Origin: Clostridia bacterium
GTDB lineage: Bacteria; Bacillota; Clostridia; Christensenellales; SZUA-584
Direction of reading: 5' to 3'
DNA: 64,000 nt
Assembly (NCBI GenBank): GCA_018648645.1
Contig: JABGQS010000001.1
Location: 40,298-104,297 of the forward strand
Shown here: positions 37,234 through 46,022 of the stretch, in pieces
Layout: every line of letters starts with the position of its first letter
How positions within the stretch are numbered: position 1 is the stretch's first letter
Notes under the pieces: generated by a model
The model's input: only the letters and a program-made list of their open reading frames with translations
Databases searched by the model: none
Told to the model about the DNA's origin: nothing
Position numbers and translations under genes: made by a program

Positions 37234-38415
37234 TTATTTCAACAACTCATACGTGTCTTGCGCGATCATTTCCTCTTCGCTGGCGCTCACGACCAGCACG
37301 CGGGTTTTGCCGCAGCTGATGACGCGCTCGGGGCTGCCGTTTGCGTTCGTGGTTTCGTCAAGCTCTATGCCGAGGAACTCTAGACCCGCGCATATTTTGT
37401 CGCGCATGTCGGCGGAGTTTTCGCCGAGGCCGCCTGAGAAAATCAGAAGGTCGATACCGCCCATTGCCGCAGCGTATGCACCGATGTATTTCTTGAAGCG
37501 GTGCGCGACGGCGTCGATGGTGAGCTGTGCCTGCGCGTTGCCTGCTTTGGCAGCGACGATGATGTCGTACATGTCCTGCCCGATGCCGCTCATGCCGCTC
37601 CAGCCGCTCTGCTTGTTTAGTATGTCGTCCGCCTGCGCGGTGGTGAGGTTGTCTTGGTCCATCATGAACAACACGGCGGCGGCGTCGATATCGCCCGACC
37701 TTGTGGATTGGATTAGCCCTTCGACGGGAGTAAAGCCTGTGCTTACCTCGAACGAGTTTCCGTTCAACGTGGCATTGGCGGTTGTGCCGCTGCCGAGCAT
37801 CATGTTGACGATTTTCTTATCGCTGAGGTCCTCGTTGAGTAGAGCCTGCGCTTTGCCCATCATGCTGCGAAACGCGATGCCGTGAAAGCCATATTTGCGG
37901 ATTTGCAGCCGTTTGGCAATGTCGTAATTGAGACCGTATGTGTACACGTGCTCGGGGATGGATGTGTGATAGCCGTTGTCAAACGCCGCGACCTGTGGCA
38001 GGCTGGGCAGCAGCTTCTGCACAGCACGGATACCTTTTAGGTGGTTCGGGTTGTGCAGCGGTGCCAAGTGCGCGATGCTCTCGATATATTCGATAATACG
38101 CTCGTCGACGATGCGCGACGCGTTCATTTCGCTGCCGCCATGAACAACTCTGTGCCCTGCAGCGTCAATGTCAGCAAGACCGATGCCTGTGCTTTGTTGC
38201 TGCGCGTCAATTGTTTTGAGAATGAGATCGATGCCCTGCTCGTGGTTTGCGACGGGCTGCGTTGTCTCGGTTACCTGCTTTGCACAAAAAGTGAACTTAG
38301 CGTCGTCGCAGCCGATTCGGCTGATTCCGCCCGAAATTAAAACAATGCCGTCCGGCATGTTGATGATTTTGAATTTGATGGATGAGCTGCCACAGTTGAG
38401 TACGAAAACGATCAT
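37234..38415 (-). CDS. ackA: Acetate/propionate kinase family protein (divergent)
   Basis: LNCGSSS.K, GHRVVHGG, LAPLHNP, YGFHG, TRSGD, GGLGEN, EE..IA; ATG 38415 with aggag RBS. Confidence 0.85.
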   Translation of the reverse strand: MIVFVLNCGSSSIKFKIINMPDGIVLISGGISRIGCDDAKFTFCAKQVTETTQPVANHEQGIDLILKTIDAQQQSTGIGLADIDAAGHRVVHGGSEMNASRIVDERIIEYIESIAHLAPLHNPNHLKGIRAVQKLLPSLPQVAAFDNGYHTSIPEHVYTYGLNYDIAKRLQIRKYGFHGIAFRSMMGKAQALLNEDLSDKKIVNMMLGSGTTANATLNGNSFEVSTGFTPVEGLIQSTRSGDIDAAAVLFMMDQDNLTTAQADDILNKQSGWSGMSGIGQDMYDIIVAAKAGNAQAQLTIDAVAHRFKKYIGAYAAAMGGIDLLIFSGGLGENSADMRDKICAGLEFLGIELDETTNANGSPERVISCGKTRVLVVSASEEEMIAQDTYELLK

Positions 38416-38426
38416 GTCAAATGCTC

Positions 38427-38990
38427 CTATTCTTTCCACAGCGCCTGCGCACCGGTTGATATGCCGATGGCGCCGTTGCTGAGCGCGTCAATCACCTGCT
38501 TTGTGTCCTCGACCATGCCGCCCGCAATAACGGGAACGGTGATTTCGCTCGTAAAGCGCGCTATAACGCTTGGTATGATGCCGGGCATTATTTCTACCAT
38601 CGAGGGTTTGTTTTTGTGCACCGCCTTTACGGAAACGTCGAACGACGCGTTGTCCACCATGAAAAAGCGCTGGACACAAAACACACCGCGTTCTCGCGCG
38701 TGCTTGATGAGTGAGCTTTTTGTGCTTATGATGCCGCTTGGTGCAATTCGCTTTTGCACGTAGTCGAGCGCCTTGGCACCGGGGGAAAGCCCGTCGATGA
38801 GGTCCATGTGCAAAAAAACGTTGCAGTTTGCATTGCGCGCGATATCGACAAACGCCTTGGCAGAGAAGATATCGGTGTTCAGTAAAAAAATCGTAGGCAC
38901 GCCAATCGCGATCGCCTGCTCGAGCCCTTCCTTTGTATGAACCGCCGCAATGATGGGGTTGTCTTTGATGGTGTCGATATACTCGTGCAT
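38427..38990 (-). CDS. glpP: Glycerol-3-phosphate-responsive antiterminator GlpP family
   Basis: PIIAAV, H.DLIDGL, GIISTK, QRFF..D, EIMPG, IAGG, GA..IST....LW. Confidence 0.92.
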   Translation of the reverse strand: MHEYIDTIKDNPIIAAVHTKEGLEQAIAIGVPTIFLLNTDIFSAKAFVDIARNANCNVFLHMDLIDGLSPGAKALDYVQKRIAPSGIISTKSSLIKHARERGVFCVQRFFMVDNASFDVSVKAVHKNKPSMVEIMPGIIPSVIARFTSEITVPVIAGGMVEDTKQVIDALSNGAIGISTGAQALWKE

Positions 38991-39083
38991 AATTTTCTCC
39001 AAAAATGATTTGGTTTATTATATCATGAGGCTTGCGATGATTGCAAAAAATGTGATAGAATCCGCATTGAGAGGTATAAAATT

Positions 39084-39998
39084 ATGAGAAAAGAATTTTC
39101 CTTTGAATCGCAGGACGGCAAGCAGATTTTTGTGTACAAGTGGGAAGCGAAAAAGCCGGTGGCGGCTGTGCAGATTGCTCACGGCGCTGTAGAGCACGCG
39201 CTGCGATATGACGACTTTGCAAATGCGCTGGCAAAGCAGGGGTTTGTTGTGTATGCGAACGACCACAGGGGGCACGGCAAAACAGCCGGGGAAGCGGATA
39301 ACGTGGGATATTTTTCTGACCAAAAAGGCGGGATAAATCTGGCGATTGATGATATGCTTGCGTTGACAAAGATTATTAAAAAAGAAAATCCTTATATGCC
39401 TGTATTTCTTTTTGGTCATAGTATGGGTTCGCATATGTCAAGGCTGTACGCAGCAAAGTATGGTGGTGAAATTGATGGGCTGCTGCTGACAGGCACCGGC
39501 AGAGTTAACAACGTGCTTATATCCATCGTGCGTGCCTTTGCAAAGGTGCAAATGGTGCTGCTTGGTAGAAAGCACAAGTCACCGCTTTTGAATACTTTGG
39601 TGTTTGGTACGCTTAACCAACCGTTTAAAGGTGACAAGGGCTGCGAGTTTATCAGCACGGATCAAGCCGTTATTGATGCATATGAAAAGGATGAATATTG
39701 CGGGAACACCATTACGCCGGAGTTTGTTTATGAACTGTTTTGGTGCATAAAGCAGGCGACAAAGAAGGAAACGTTTGCTGCCACACCAAACGATATACCG
39801 ATTTTTATTGGTGCGGGCGAGTTTGACACGATGGGCGGCAATAAGCTGTCTGCCGTCAATAAGGATGTCGCCGATTTTTCGAAAAACAACGAAGTAACGT
39901 TTAAAAGATATGAAAACATGCGGCACGAGATACTGAACGAGAAGGACAAGCAAGTCGTATACACGGACATTATCGAGTGGCTTAAAGCGCAGATTTAG
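39084..39998 (+). CDS. Alpha/beta hydrolase (lysophospholipase/monoacylglycerol lipase family)
   Basis: HG..EH..RY, DHRGHG, GHSMGS nucleophile motif, RHEILNE. Confidence 0.92.
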   Translation: MRKEFSFESQDGKQIFVYKWEAKKPVAAVQIAHGAVEHALRYDDFANALAKQGFVVYANDHRGHGKTAGEADNVGYFSDQKGGINLAIDDMLALTKIIKKENPYMPVFLFGHSMGSHMSRLYAAKYGGEIDGLLLTGTGRVNNVLISIVRAFAKVQMVLLGRKHKSPLLNTLVFGTLNQPFKGDKGCEFISTDQAVIDAYEKDEYCGNTITPEFVYELFWCIKQATKKETFAATPNDIPIFIGAGEFDTMGGNKLSAVNKDVADFSKNNEVTFKRYENMRHEILNEKDKQVVYTDIIEWLKAQI

Positions 39999-40118
39999 CA
40001 GCGGTGCGGTCTCTTTTGCCGGTATGCATCTGCTCGCGGTTGGTATACATTTTTTAGTTGGGAAAACTTACTTTTATGTAGTATAATACTATATATTGAA
40101 GTTTCGGGAGGAACACAT

Positions 40119-40439
40119 ATGCTTTTAGACGCTAATTATAATGAGAGCAATAACAGATGGGATGTTAATTTGTATGGTGAGGTTGACATCTATAATGCAG
40201 ACAGCTTGAAGAACGAACTGCACTCTTTGATTGCCGAAAAAAGTGCGGATATCGTTCTTGACTGCACGAATTTGAAATACATCGACTCGACCGGACTTGG
40301 CGTTTTGGTAAACGCGCTGAAAAAGGTGAAAGAGACAGAAAAGTCGATTCGCATTGTGAACTTGAAACCGTACATCGCGAAAATCTTTACGCTGACCGGG
40401 CTGGACAAAATATTTGTGATAGAGGTGAGTGAGCAGTGA
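40119..40439 (+). CDS. STAS anti-sigma factor antagonist (RsbV/SpoIIAA family)
   Basis: GEVD, YIDSTGLG (phosphoacceptor Ser), IF.LTGL. Confidence 0.95.
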   Translation: MLLDANYNESNNRWDVNLYGEVDIYNADSLKNELHSLIAEKSADIVLDCTNLKYIDSTGLGVLVNALKKVKETEKSIRIVNLKPYIAKIFTLTGLDKIFVIEVSEQ

Positions 40440-40801
40440 ACAAAGATAAGGTTACGTTAAGCGTTCCTGCTAAGCCTGATTATATAATCGCGGTGCGGCT
40501 GATTGTGTCGGCTGTTGCGCAGCGTGCGCAGTTTAGCCTTGACGATATCGAGGATTTGAAAGTGGCAAGCGCGGAAGCGTGCACATTGCTGCTTGCGCAA
40601 AACCCGGAAACTATCGAGGTGTCGATTAGCAAAGGTGAAAGTATTCATGTTTGCCTGACGGCAATTGCACCAAAGGGCAGCCAAGGCGAAGAAGACGAAG
40701 TAAGTGAGCTTAGCCAGTACTTGTTGGAAGCTCTTGTTGATCGTTGCGAGCTTGTCCACGAAGGTGAGATTTTAAAGAGTATTAATATATATAAGAACTA
40801 G
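40436..40801 (+). CDS. RsbW-like anti-sigma factor with degenerate kinase motifs
   Basis: PAKPDY...VRL.VS.......F..DDIEDLKVA..EAC as in RsbW, but no N-box Asn, DxG or GxG. Confidence 0.8.
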   Translation: MNKDKVTLSVPAKPDYIIAVRLIVSAVAQRAQFSLDDIEDLKVASAEACTLLLAQNPETIEVSISKGESIHVCLTAIAPKGSQGEEDEVSELSQYLLEALVDRCELVHEGEILKSINIYKN

Positions 40802-40825
40802 TTTATTTTTTTGTTGGGGTTTTTG

Positions 40826-41569
40826 ATGCAGTATGAAGAAATGAGCGAGCATGAGCTGTTTGAATGTTATGATAATCAGCCCAGCGATGCTTTAAAAGAG
40901 TGCATTTTAAGAAAATATTTATATATTGCCGAGATCGTCGCCAAAAAGTTCGTTGGTCGTGGTGTCGAGTTCGATGACCTGTTTCAGGTGGCGTCTTTGG
41001 CGTTGGTCAAAGCAGTTGACCGATTTGAGAACGTGCGCGGCGTAAAGTTTAGCAGCTTTGCGACCCCAACGCTGGTAGGTGAAATAAAGAACTATTTTAG
41101 GGACAAGACGCGAATCATACGCATATCGCGGCGCGACAGCGAAATGATACGCAAGATGGACGACGCGAAAGAAGTGCTGCAGCGCAAAAAAGGACGCAAT
41201 ATAAAGCCGGAGGACATTGCGCGGTATCTTGGTATTGATGTTGAACGCGTGCTGGAGCTTATGGAAACGCAGTCCGTGGGCTATGCAACGTCGCTTGACA
41301 GCGCTATTGCGGCCGGCGAAGATGTACAGCTGATGCAGATACTTGGGAGCGAAGACAGCGAGTATGAAAAGGTGGAAAACAGAGATTTTATCGCGTATTG
41401 CATGGCGCGGTTAAACGATGTAGAAAAGCAGCTCATTAAATATCGATACGTTTATGAGAAGAGCCAACGCGAGGTGGCGGCAAAGCTTGGGGTATCCCAA
41501 ATGTATGTTAGCAGGGTTGAGCGAAAAATTTTGGAAAAATTACGCACCATATATGAAAATCAGGTTTAA
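40826..41569 (+). CDS. sigB: SigB/SigF/SigG family sigma factor, SigB-type by gene context
   Basis: DDLFQVA.L.LVKAVDRF, FATPT..GEIKNYFRD, SQREVA..LGVSQMYVSR; follows rsbV/rsbW-like genes. Confidence 0.8.
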   Translation: MQYEEMSEHELFECYDNQPSDALKECILRKYLYIAEIVAKKFVGRGVEFDDLFQVASLALVKAVDRFENVRGVKFSSFATPTLVGEIKNYFRDKTRIIRISRRDSEMIRKMDDAKEVLQRKKGRNIKPEDIARYLGIDVERVLELMETQSVGYATSLDSAIAAGEDVQLMQILGSEDSEYEKVENRDFIAYCMARLNDVEKQLIKYRYVYEKSQREVAAKLGVSQMYVSRVERKILEKLRTIYENQV

Positions 41570-41589
41570 CACCATAAAAAGCTGGGTAT
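41564..41589 (+). promoter_or_regulatory. SigB-type promoter upstream of the second kinase gene
   Basis: GTTTAA-N14-GGGTAT matches the B. subtilis/Listeria SigB consensus; -35 overlaps the sigma gene stop. Confidence 0.75.
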
Positions 41590-41665
41590 ATATGAATTGA
41601 ACAGCGGCGCTAAGCGCTGACGACAGCTATGAAAAGTCGCAAAAAAATATGGACTTGGTGTTTAA

Positions 41666-42082
41666 ATGAAAACGAACTTTATTAGAGAATACATACTGAC
41701 TGAAATCGCAGATATTAAAATTGCCATTGATGGCGTAATGAGCGGAATAGAAGGGCTTTTTACTCTGTCTGATGCTCGTAAATATGAGATTAAACTCGTG
41801 ATGAACGAGCTTTTGGTGAACTGCTTTGATCATTCGTGCCCAAAGGACAAGCAGACTGTTGTGCTCAAAGTGTCTGCAAAAGAAGATAAAGTGCGCATTC
41901 GTGTAAAAGATAACGGGCAGGGGTTTGAGTATGAGTATACCAACAAGCGCCTTGGGGACCCAATCAGCAAAGAGCGGCTGTACAGCGAAAACGGCAGGGG
42001 CTTGATGTTGGTCAACGCGTTTTGTGACAACGTTAAGTATTTTGGGAACGGTAACAGCGTGGAGGTAAATATCGCGTTATAA
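41666..42082 (+). CDS. HATPase_c Ser/Thr kinase (RsbW/SpoIIAB-like) with intact motifs
   Basis: NELLVNCFDH (N-box), VKDNGQG (G1), ENGRGLMLV (G2). Confidence 0.9.
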   Translation: MKTNFIREYILTEIADIKIAIDGVMSGIEGLFTLSDARKYEIKLVMNELLVNCFDHSCPKDKQTVVLKVSAKEDKVRIRVKDNGQGFEYEYTNKRLGDPISKERLYSENGRGLMLVNAFCDNVKYFGNGNSVEVNIAL

Positions 42083-42213
42083 ACAGCAATACAATAAAAA
42101 AAATCCCCCTTTATCACTAAATTTGAGGTTTGCTCTGTTTAATAATAAAGGATTTTTTTTTTGGATGGAGAAGTATACTAAGGAGAAGCAGTGAAAAGGG
42201 GATGATGCGGCAG

Positions 42214-43389
42214 ATGGCAGTTAGGCGCAAACCAAAGCTAAGATTTTTTATAATACTGGGGATCGCTTTAATTGGTGCAATCCTCGCCGTTATTTTAGTG
42301 ATTCAAAGCCGACAGACGGCGGCGGTCGAGTGGGCGAGCACAGAGTTTGAAGCGAACTTTGACGTTTTGATTGTGCGCGATGAGGTTGTATACGAAGCAA
42401 AGAATTACGGCAAGACAGAGTTTATCGCCGTGGAAGGCGAGAGAGTGGAAGTAGCAGACCCCATCGTTGAGGTTTATGAATGGGGATACAATGACACTAC
42501 GCACAGCGAGCTGTTGGATTTACAGAAAATCATACTCGAATATGAAGCGGATGTCATCAGAGCAGGAATCATTGATGACCAGCTAATAGATATAAACGTA
42601 AGAATTGACGCCAAGGCACTGCAGATTGCGCAGGTCGTATCGGGAGATGCTAAAGATTTGCTCCCGCTTGAGAGAGAGATGAAAGAGCTGCTTGACGAGC
42701 GAAGTACGTATCTTCGAAACGTGATGCCGGACGATCAGCTGACCGAGTATCTAAAGCAGGAAACAGCGCTGCTTGAGTTGATTGCAGGGTGGCGGCAGTC
42801 GGTTGTTGCCAACGAACCGGGTCTCGTAAGCTTCTACTTTGACGGGAACGAAGCGTTGATGAGCAAGGAGAACATCGGAAGCTTTACACGCAGCGCGCTT
42901 GAGGAAGTCATCGACGGAAAGATTATCGAAACAAGCAGCGATGACCAGGCGTTTGTGCCGCTGTATCGAGTGGTCAAAGAGGACGAGTGGTATGTGATAT
43001 TGCTCTCTGATGCCGATATTCCCGAGATGTATATCGGCAACGGATTTTCGATCATTTTCGACGATTATTTGGACGAGATGCAGACCGGAGTCGTGTTTGA
43101 GAAGACAATACTTGAAAATAATGACGGTTTTGTGTATACTATACTGATAAGAGGTAATATTGGCGCTCTTCTGGGGGAGAGGCGAGTTTCTGCAAAGCTA
43201 TATAACGTGCAGGAAGGCATGCGAGTGCCGCGCTCGTGTATCCGGTCAACCGGCGAGATTAGCTACGTCGAAACGACCGATGGACAGATTGTTCCGGTGT
43301 ACTTGATTGCGGATGACGGCGAGTACGTTTTCATACAGACCTATCAGGGAGAAGCAGAGCTGCAGATTGGTCAACTGTTAAAAAAATAA
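42214..43389 (+). CDS. Membrane-anchored HlyD/membrane-fusion-like protein upstream of yggS
   Basis: N-terminal TM; IVRDE.V, EGERV, PGLVSFY.DG.E, G.RVP; start uncertain (42202-42214). Confidence 0.7.
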   Translation: MAVRRKPKLRFFIILGIALIGAILAVILVIQSRQTAAVEWASTEFEANFDVLIVRDEVVYEAKNYGKTEFIAVEGERVEVADPIVEVYEWGYNDTTHSELLDLQKIILEYEADVIRAGIIDDQLIDINVRIDAKALQIAQVVSGDAKDLLPLEREMKELLDERSTYLRNVMPDDQLTEYLKQETALLELIAGWRQSVVANEPGLVSFYFDGNEALMSKENIGSFTRSALEEVIDGKIIETSSDDQAFVPLYRVVKEDEWYVILLSDADIPEMYIGNGFSIIFDDYLDEMQTGVVFEKTILENNDGFVYTILIRGNIGALLGERRVSAKLYNVQEGMRVPRSCIRSTGEISYVETTDGQIVPVYLIADDGEYVFIQTYQGEAELQIGQLLKK

Positions 43390-43435
43390 GTTTATGTTAC
43401 ATAAAAGGTTTATGTTGCATTATAGGTAAATACAA

Positions 43436-44119
43436 ATGATGGACATAAGTGAGAATATAAGAAACATTATAGAAAGGGTTGATAAAAGCGCTAAGAAGTC
43501 AAAACGTAGTAAGGACGACATTACGATTGTTGCTGTCAGCAAAACAGTGAATGCTGAATCTGTTGTACAGGCCGCAAAGGCCGGCATGAAGGATTTTGGC
43601 GAAAACCGTGTCCAAGAGTTTCTGAAAAAACGTGAGGAAATAGGAGACGAAGTTAATTGGCACATCATTGGACCGCTGCAACGTAATAAGGTAAAGTTTA
43701 TACTCGACGGTGTAACTTTACTGCATTCATTGGACAGGCTCTCTTTGGCCGAGGAAATTGAGAAGCAGTGTGAAAAGCTGCGCACCAACCTTGACGTACT
43801 CGTGCAGGTGAACATTGCAAAAGAGCCGACAAAATCGGGTGTGTTTGAAGAAGATCTTGAAAAGTTTCTTGAAAGTCTATCTGTTTTGAGGAACGTGCGC
43901 GTCAAAGGACTTATGGCCATCCCGCCGTATTCACTTGACCCGGACGGTAACAGAAAGTATTTTGCAAGAATGCGTGTCTTGTATGACACATTCAAGAATT
44001 TCTCTGACGGATTCGAATACCTGTCTATGGGTATGTCGGGAGACTTTGAAGCTGCTATTAAAGAAGGTGCTAATATAATTCGGATTGGAACTGCCGTGTT
44101 TGGAGCGAGGTCATATTAA
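43436..44119 (+). CDS. yggS: YggS family pyridoxal phosphate homeostasis protein
   Basis: VAVSK, FGENRVQE, WH.IG.LQ.NK, LSMGMSGDF..AI.EG. Confidence 0.96.
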   Translation: MMDISENIRNIIERVDKSAKKSKRSKDDITIVAVSKTVNAESVVQAAKAGMKDFGENRVQEFLKKREEIGDEVNWHIIGPLQRNKVKFILDGVTLLHSLDRLSLAEEIEKQCEKLRTNLDVLVQVNIAKEPTKSGVFEEDLEKFLESLSVLRNVRVKGLMAIPPYSLDPDGNRKYFARMRVLYDTFKNFSDGFEYLSMGMSGDFEAAIKEGANIIRIGTAVFGARSY

Positions 44120-44137
44120 TTTTAGGGGGTTTCAATT

Positions 44138-44596
44138 ATGTCGAAGGGTATTTTTAACCGTATCTTGGATGCGGTCGGACTCGAAGAAGAAGAATTTGAG
44201 TATGAAGAGGACGAGATCATGGACGAGGAAGTAGATTTCTACGAAGATGAACTCGAAGAGCAGGAAGAACCGAGGGCTTCTAAAAGAAGACAGGCAAAGA
44301 TTACACCACTGCCGAACTCTTCTGCAAAGATGAAAATGCTTGTGTTTCAGCCAAGCAGCTACGAAGAAGCCGAGTGCATTATTGACAATCTGAAGTCTAG
44401 AAAACCGGTGATTATGAACCTTGATGAGCTTGAGCTTGAGCTTGGTCAGAGGATTCTGGACTTTGTAGGTGGAGCGGTATATTCGCTTAACGGCGATATT
44501 AAAAAAGTGGCAAGAAGTATTTTTGTCGTGGCTCCGTCCAATGTTGATGTTGCGCAGAATATCGAGACGAGCGCAAGAGACGGGTTCTATAGATAA
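44138..44596 (+). CDS. sepF: Cell division protein SepF
   Basis: P.SYEEA..I.D.LK, QRILDF..G..Y.L.G, IFVVAP.NV. Confidence 0.95.
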   Translation: MSKGIFNRILDAVGLEEEEFEYEEDEIMDEEVDFYEDELEEQEEPRASKRRQAKITPLPNSSAKMKMLVFQPSSYEEAECIIDNLKSRKPVIMNLDELELELGQRILDFVGGAVYSLNGDIKKVARSIFVVAPSNVDVAQNIETSARDGFYR

Positions 44597-44724
44597 TAAT
44601 ATGTGTAGATTGCATGCCGCAGGCTAATAGCTTAGCGGCATGTGGTGTATAATCTGTTTATTGTCGGGGTATTTATTAGCGATGCGACTAAGTCGCGATT
44701 CATTTGCGCGAAAGGGGTAGTGAC

Positions 44725-45969
44725 ATGTCTTTAACAACGAAAGACATATACGAAATGACCTTTAAAAGGTCTAAAAAAGGGTTTGACGAGGACGAGGTAG
44801 ATAAGTTTTTGGACCAGATTATTGACGAACTCAAGGCAAAACAAAACGAGATCGATTCTCTGAAAGAAGAGATCAAAGTTGTTAGAGACCTTGAAACCAA
44901 TATCAAAGGGACCGAAGACACCATCATGAACACGCTTGTGTCGGCACAGAAATCTTCTGAGCGAATCCTTCGGGAGGCGGCAAGGAAGGCCGAGCTGCTG
45001 ATCGACAACGCAGAAAACACAGCAAAACAAAAGAGCGAGTCGATGAAACACGAGCTGATTGTTTTGGAAAGAAAGCTTGCTGCCATTAAGCAAAGCGCAT
45101 ACAACTATGCCATGAGCTTTACAGAAATGGTCAACATACAAGCGACTTCGTTTGAGAAGACGTACCAAAGCTATTTTGGCGATATGGACGCGTATTCGAG
45201 CGGCGGAATCAACTTTGATGCGCTGGAGAGAATTGACAATGACATCTCGAAAGACATTGAGGAAATTGTCAGCAGCGATACAGTTGACGACGCGCCGGAA
45301 AAGGCGGATCAGCTTGCGGTTGAATGGAACATACCGGACAATGATGAAAACCAGGCGCTGGAAGCGCAAGAGCCTTTAGCTCCAATGGAGCAAATGGAGG
45401 AACTTGTTCCGCTTGAAAAAGCCGAGGTAGAACCAACTTTGTCGGAAAAGGCTGAGGAAGAGTCAATAGTGTTCGAGAAAGTGGAAGAGGAAGAGCCAAC
45501 GGTGTTCGAGAAGGTGGCAGAGGAAGAGCCCGAGAAGCTTGAGAAGGTGGATATAGAACCCGAAGAGCCTGTAGCCGAAGAGCCTGTAGCCGAAGAGCCC
45601 GCAGCCGAAGAGCCCGCAGCCGAAGAGCCCGCAGCCGAAGAGCCCGCAGACGAAGAGCCCGCAGCCGACGAGCCGAAAGCCGAGGAACCGAAAGCGGAGG
45701 AACCAAAAGCGGAGGAGCAGAAAGCCGAAGAGCCGGCAGAGGAACGCAAACCGGTCGATGGCATGCCGCTTAACGAGATCAATCAAGTTTTGACCGATAT
45801 CGAAGTGGACGGTGACGAACCTGCCGACGCTGACAAGACAAAGTTTGACGATTATTCGTGGCTGTATGGCGAAGACGAGAAGAAAGAAAAAAGTGACTTT
45901 GAGCTATCGTTCAAAGACCCAAAAGAAGGACAGGAACTAAAGTCCTTGATAGACGACGTAATCGAATAA
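44725..45969 (+). CDS. divIVA: DivIVA-domain protein with long acidic repetitive C-terminus
   Basis: LT..DI....F.RS.KGFD.DEVD.FLD; coiled coil TLV.AQ..SE.I..EA..KAE. Confidence 0.85.
   Translation: MSLTTKDIYEMTFKRSKKGFDEDEVDKFLDQIIDELKAKQNEIDSLKEEIKVVRDLETNIKGTEDTIMNTLVSAQKSSERILREAARKAELLIDNAENTAKQKSESMKHELIVLERKLAAIKQSAYNYAMSFTEMVNIQATSFEKTYQSYFGDMDAYSSGGINFDALERIDNDISKDIEEIVSSDTVDDAPEKADQLAVEWNIPDNDENQALEAQEPLAPMEQMEELVPLEKAEVEPTLSEKAEEESIVFEKVEEEEPTVFEKVAEEEPEKLEKVDIEPEEPVAEEPVAEEPAAEEPAAEEPAAEEPADEEPAADEPKAEEPKAEEPKAEEQKAEEPAEERKPVDGMPLNEINQVLTDIEVDGDEPADADKTKFDDYSWLYGEDEKKEKSDFELSFKDPKEGQELKSLIDDVIE
45562..45741 (+). repeat. In-frame 15-bp tandem repeat encoding EEP(V/A/K)A, about 12 units
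   Basis: gaagagcctgtagcc x2, gaagagcccgcagcc x3, then degenerate copies. Confidence 0.9.
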
Positions 45970-45992
45970 CAAACAGTTAGGTAAATGCATTT

Positions 45993-46022
45993 GTCTGCAT
46001 AAGAATCTTATGCGGACTGTTT
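45993..46022 (+). terminator. Probable terminator after divIVA
   Basis: gtctgcataag-aat-cttatgcggac then tgttt. Confidence 0.65.

Noticed and set aside
40043-40065. GTATAC-N11-GGGAAA as a SigB promoter for the rsbV-like operon
   Set aside because: Spacer is short and the -35 is mismatched; a TATAAT sigma-A -10 lies just downstream.
40119-41569. Sporulation spoIIAA-spoIIAB-sigF operon
   Set aside because: The antagonist (DSTGLG) and anti-sigma N-terminus look RsbV/RsbW-like, a SigB consensus promoter follows, and no dacF/spoVA genes are adjacent.
45562-45741. Regular repeats as a CRISPR array
   Set aside because: In-frame 15-bp tandem units with no unique spacers and no cas genes.
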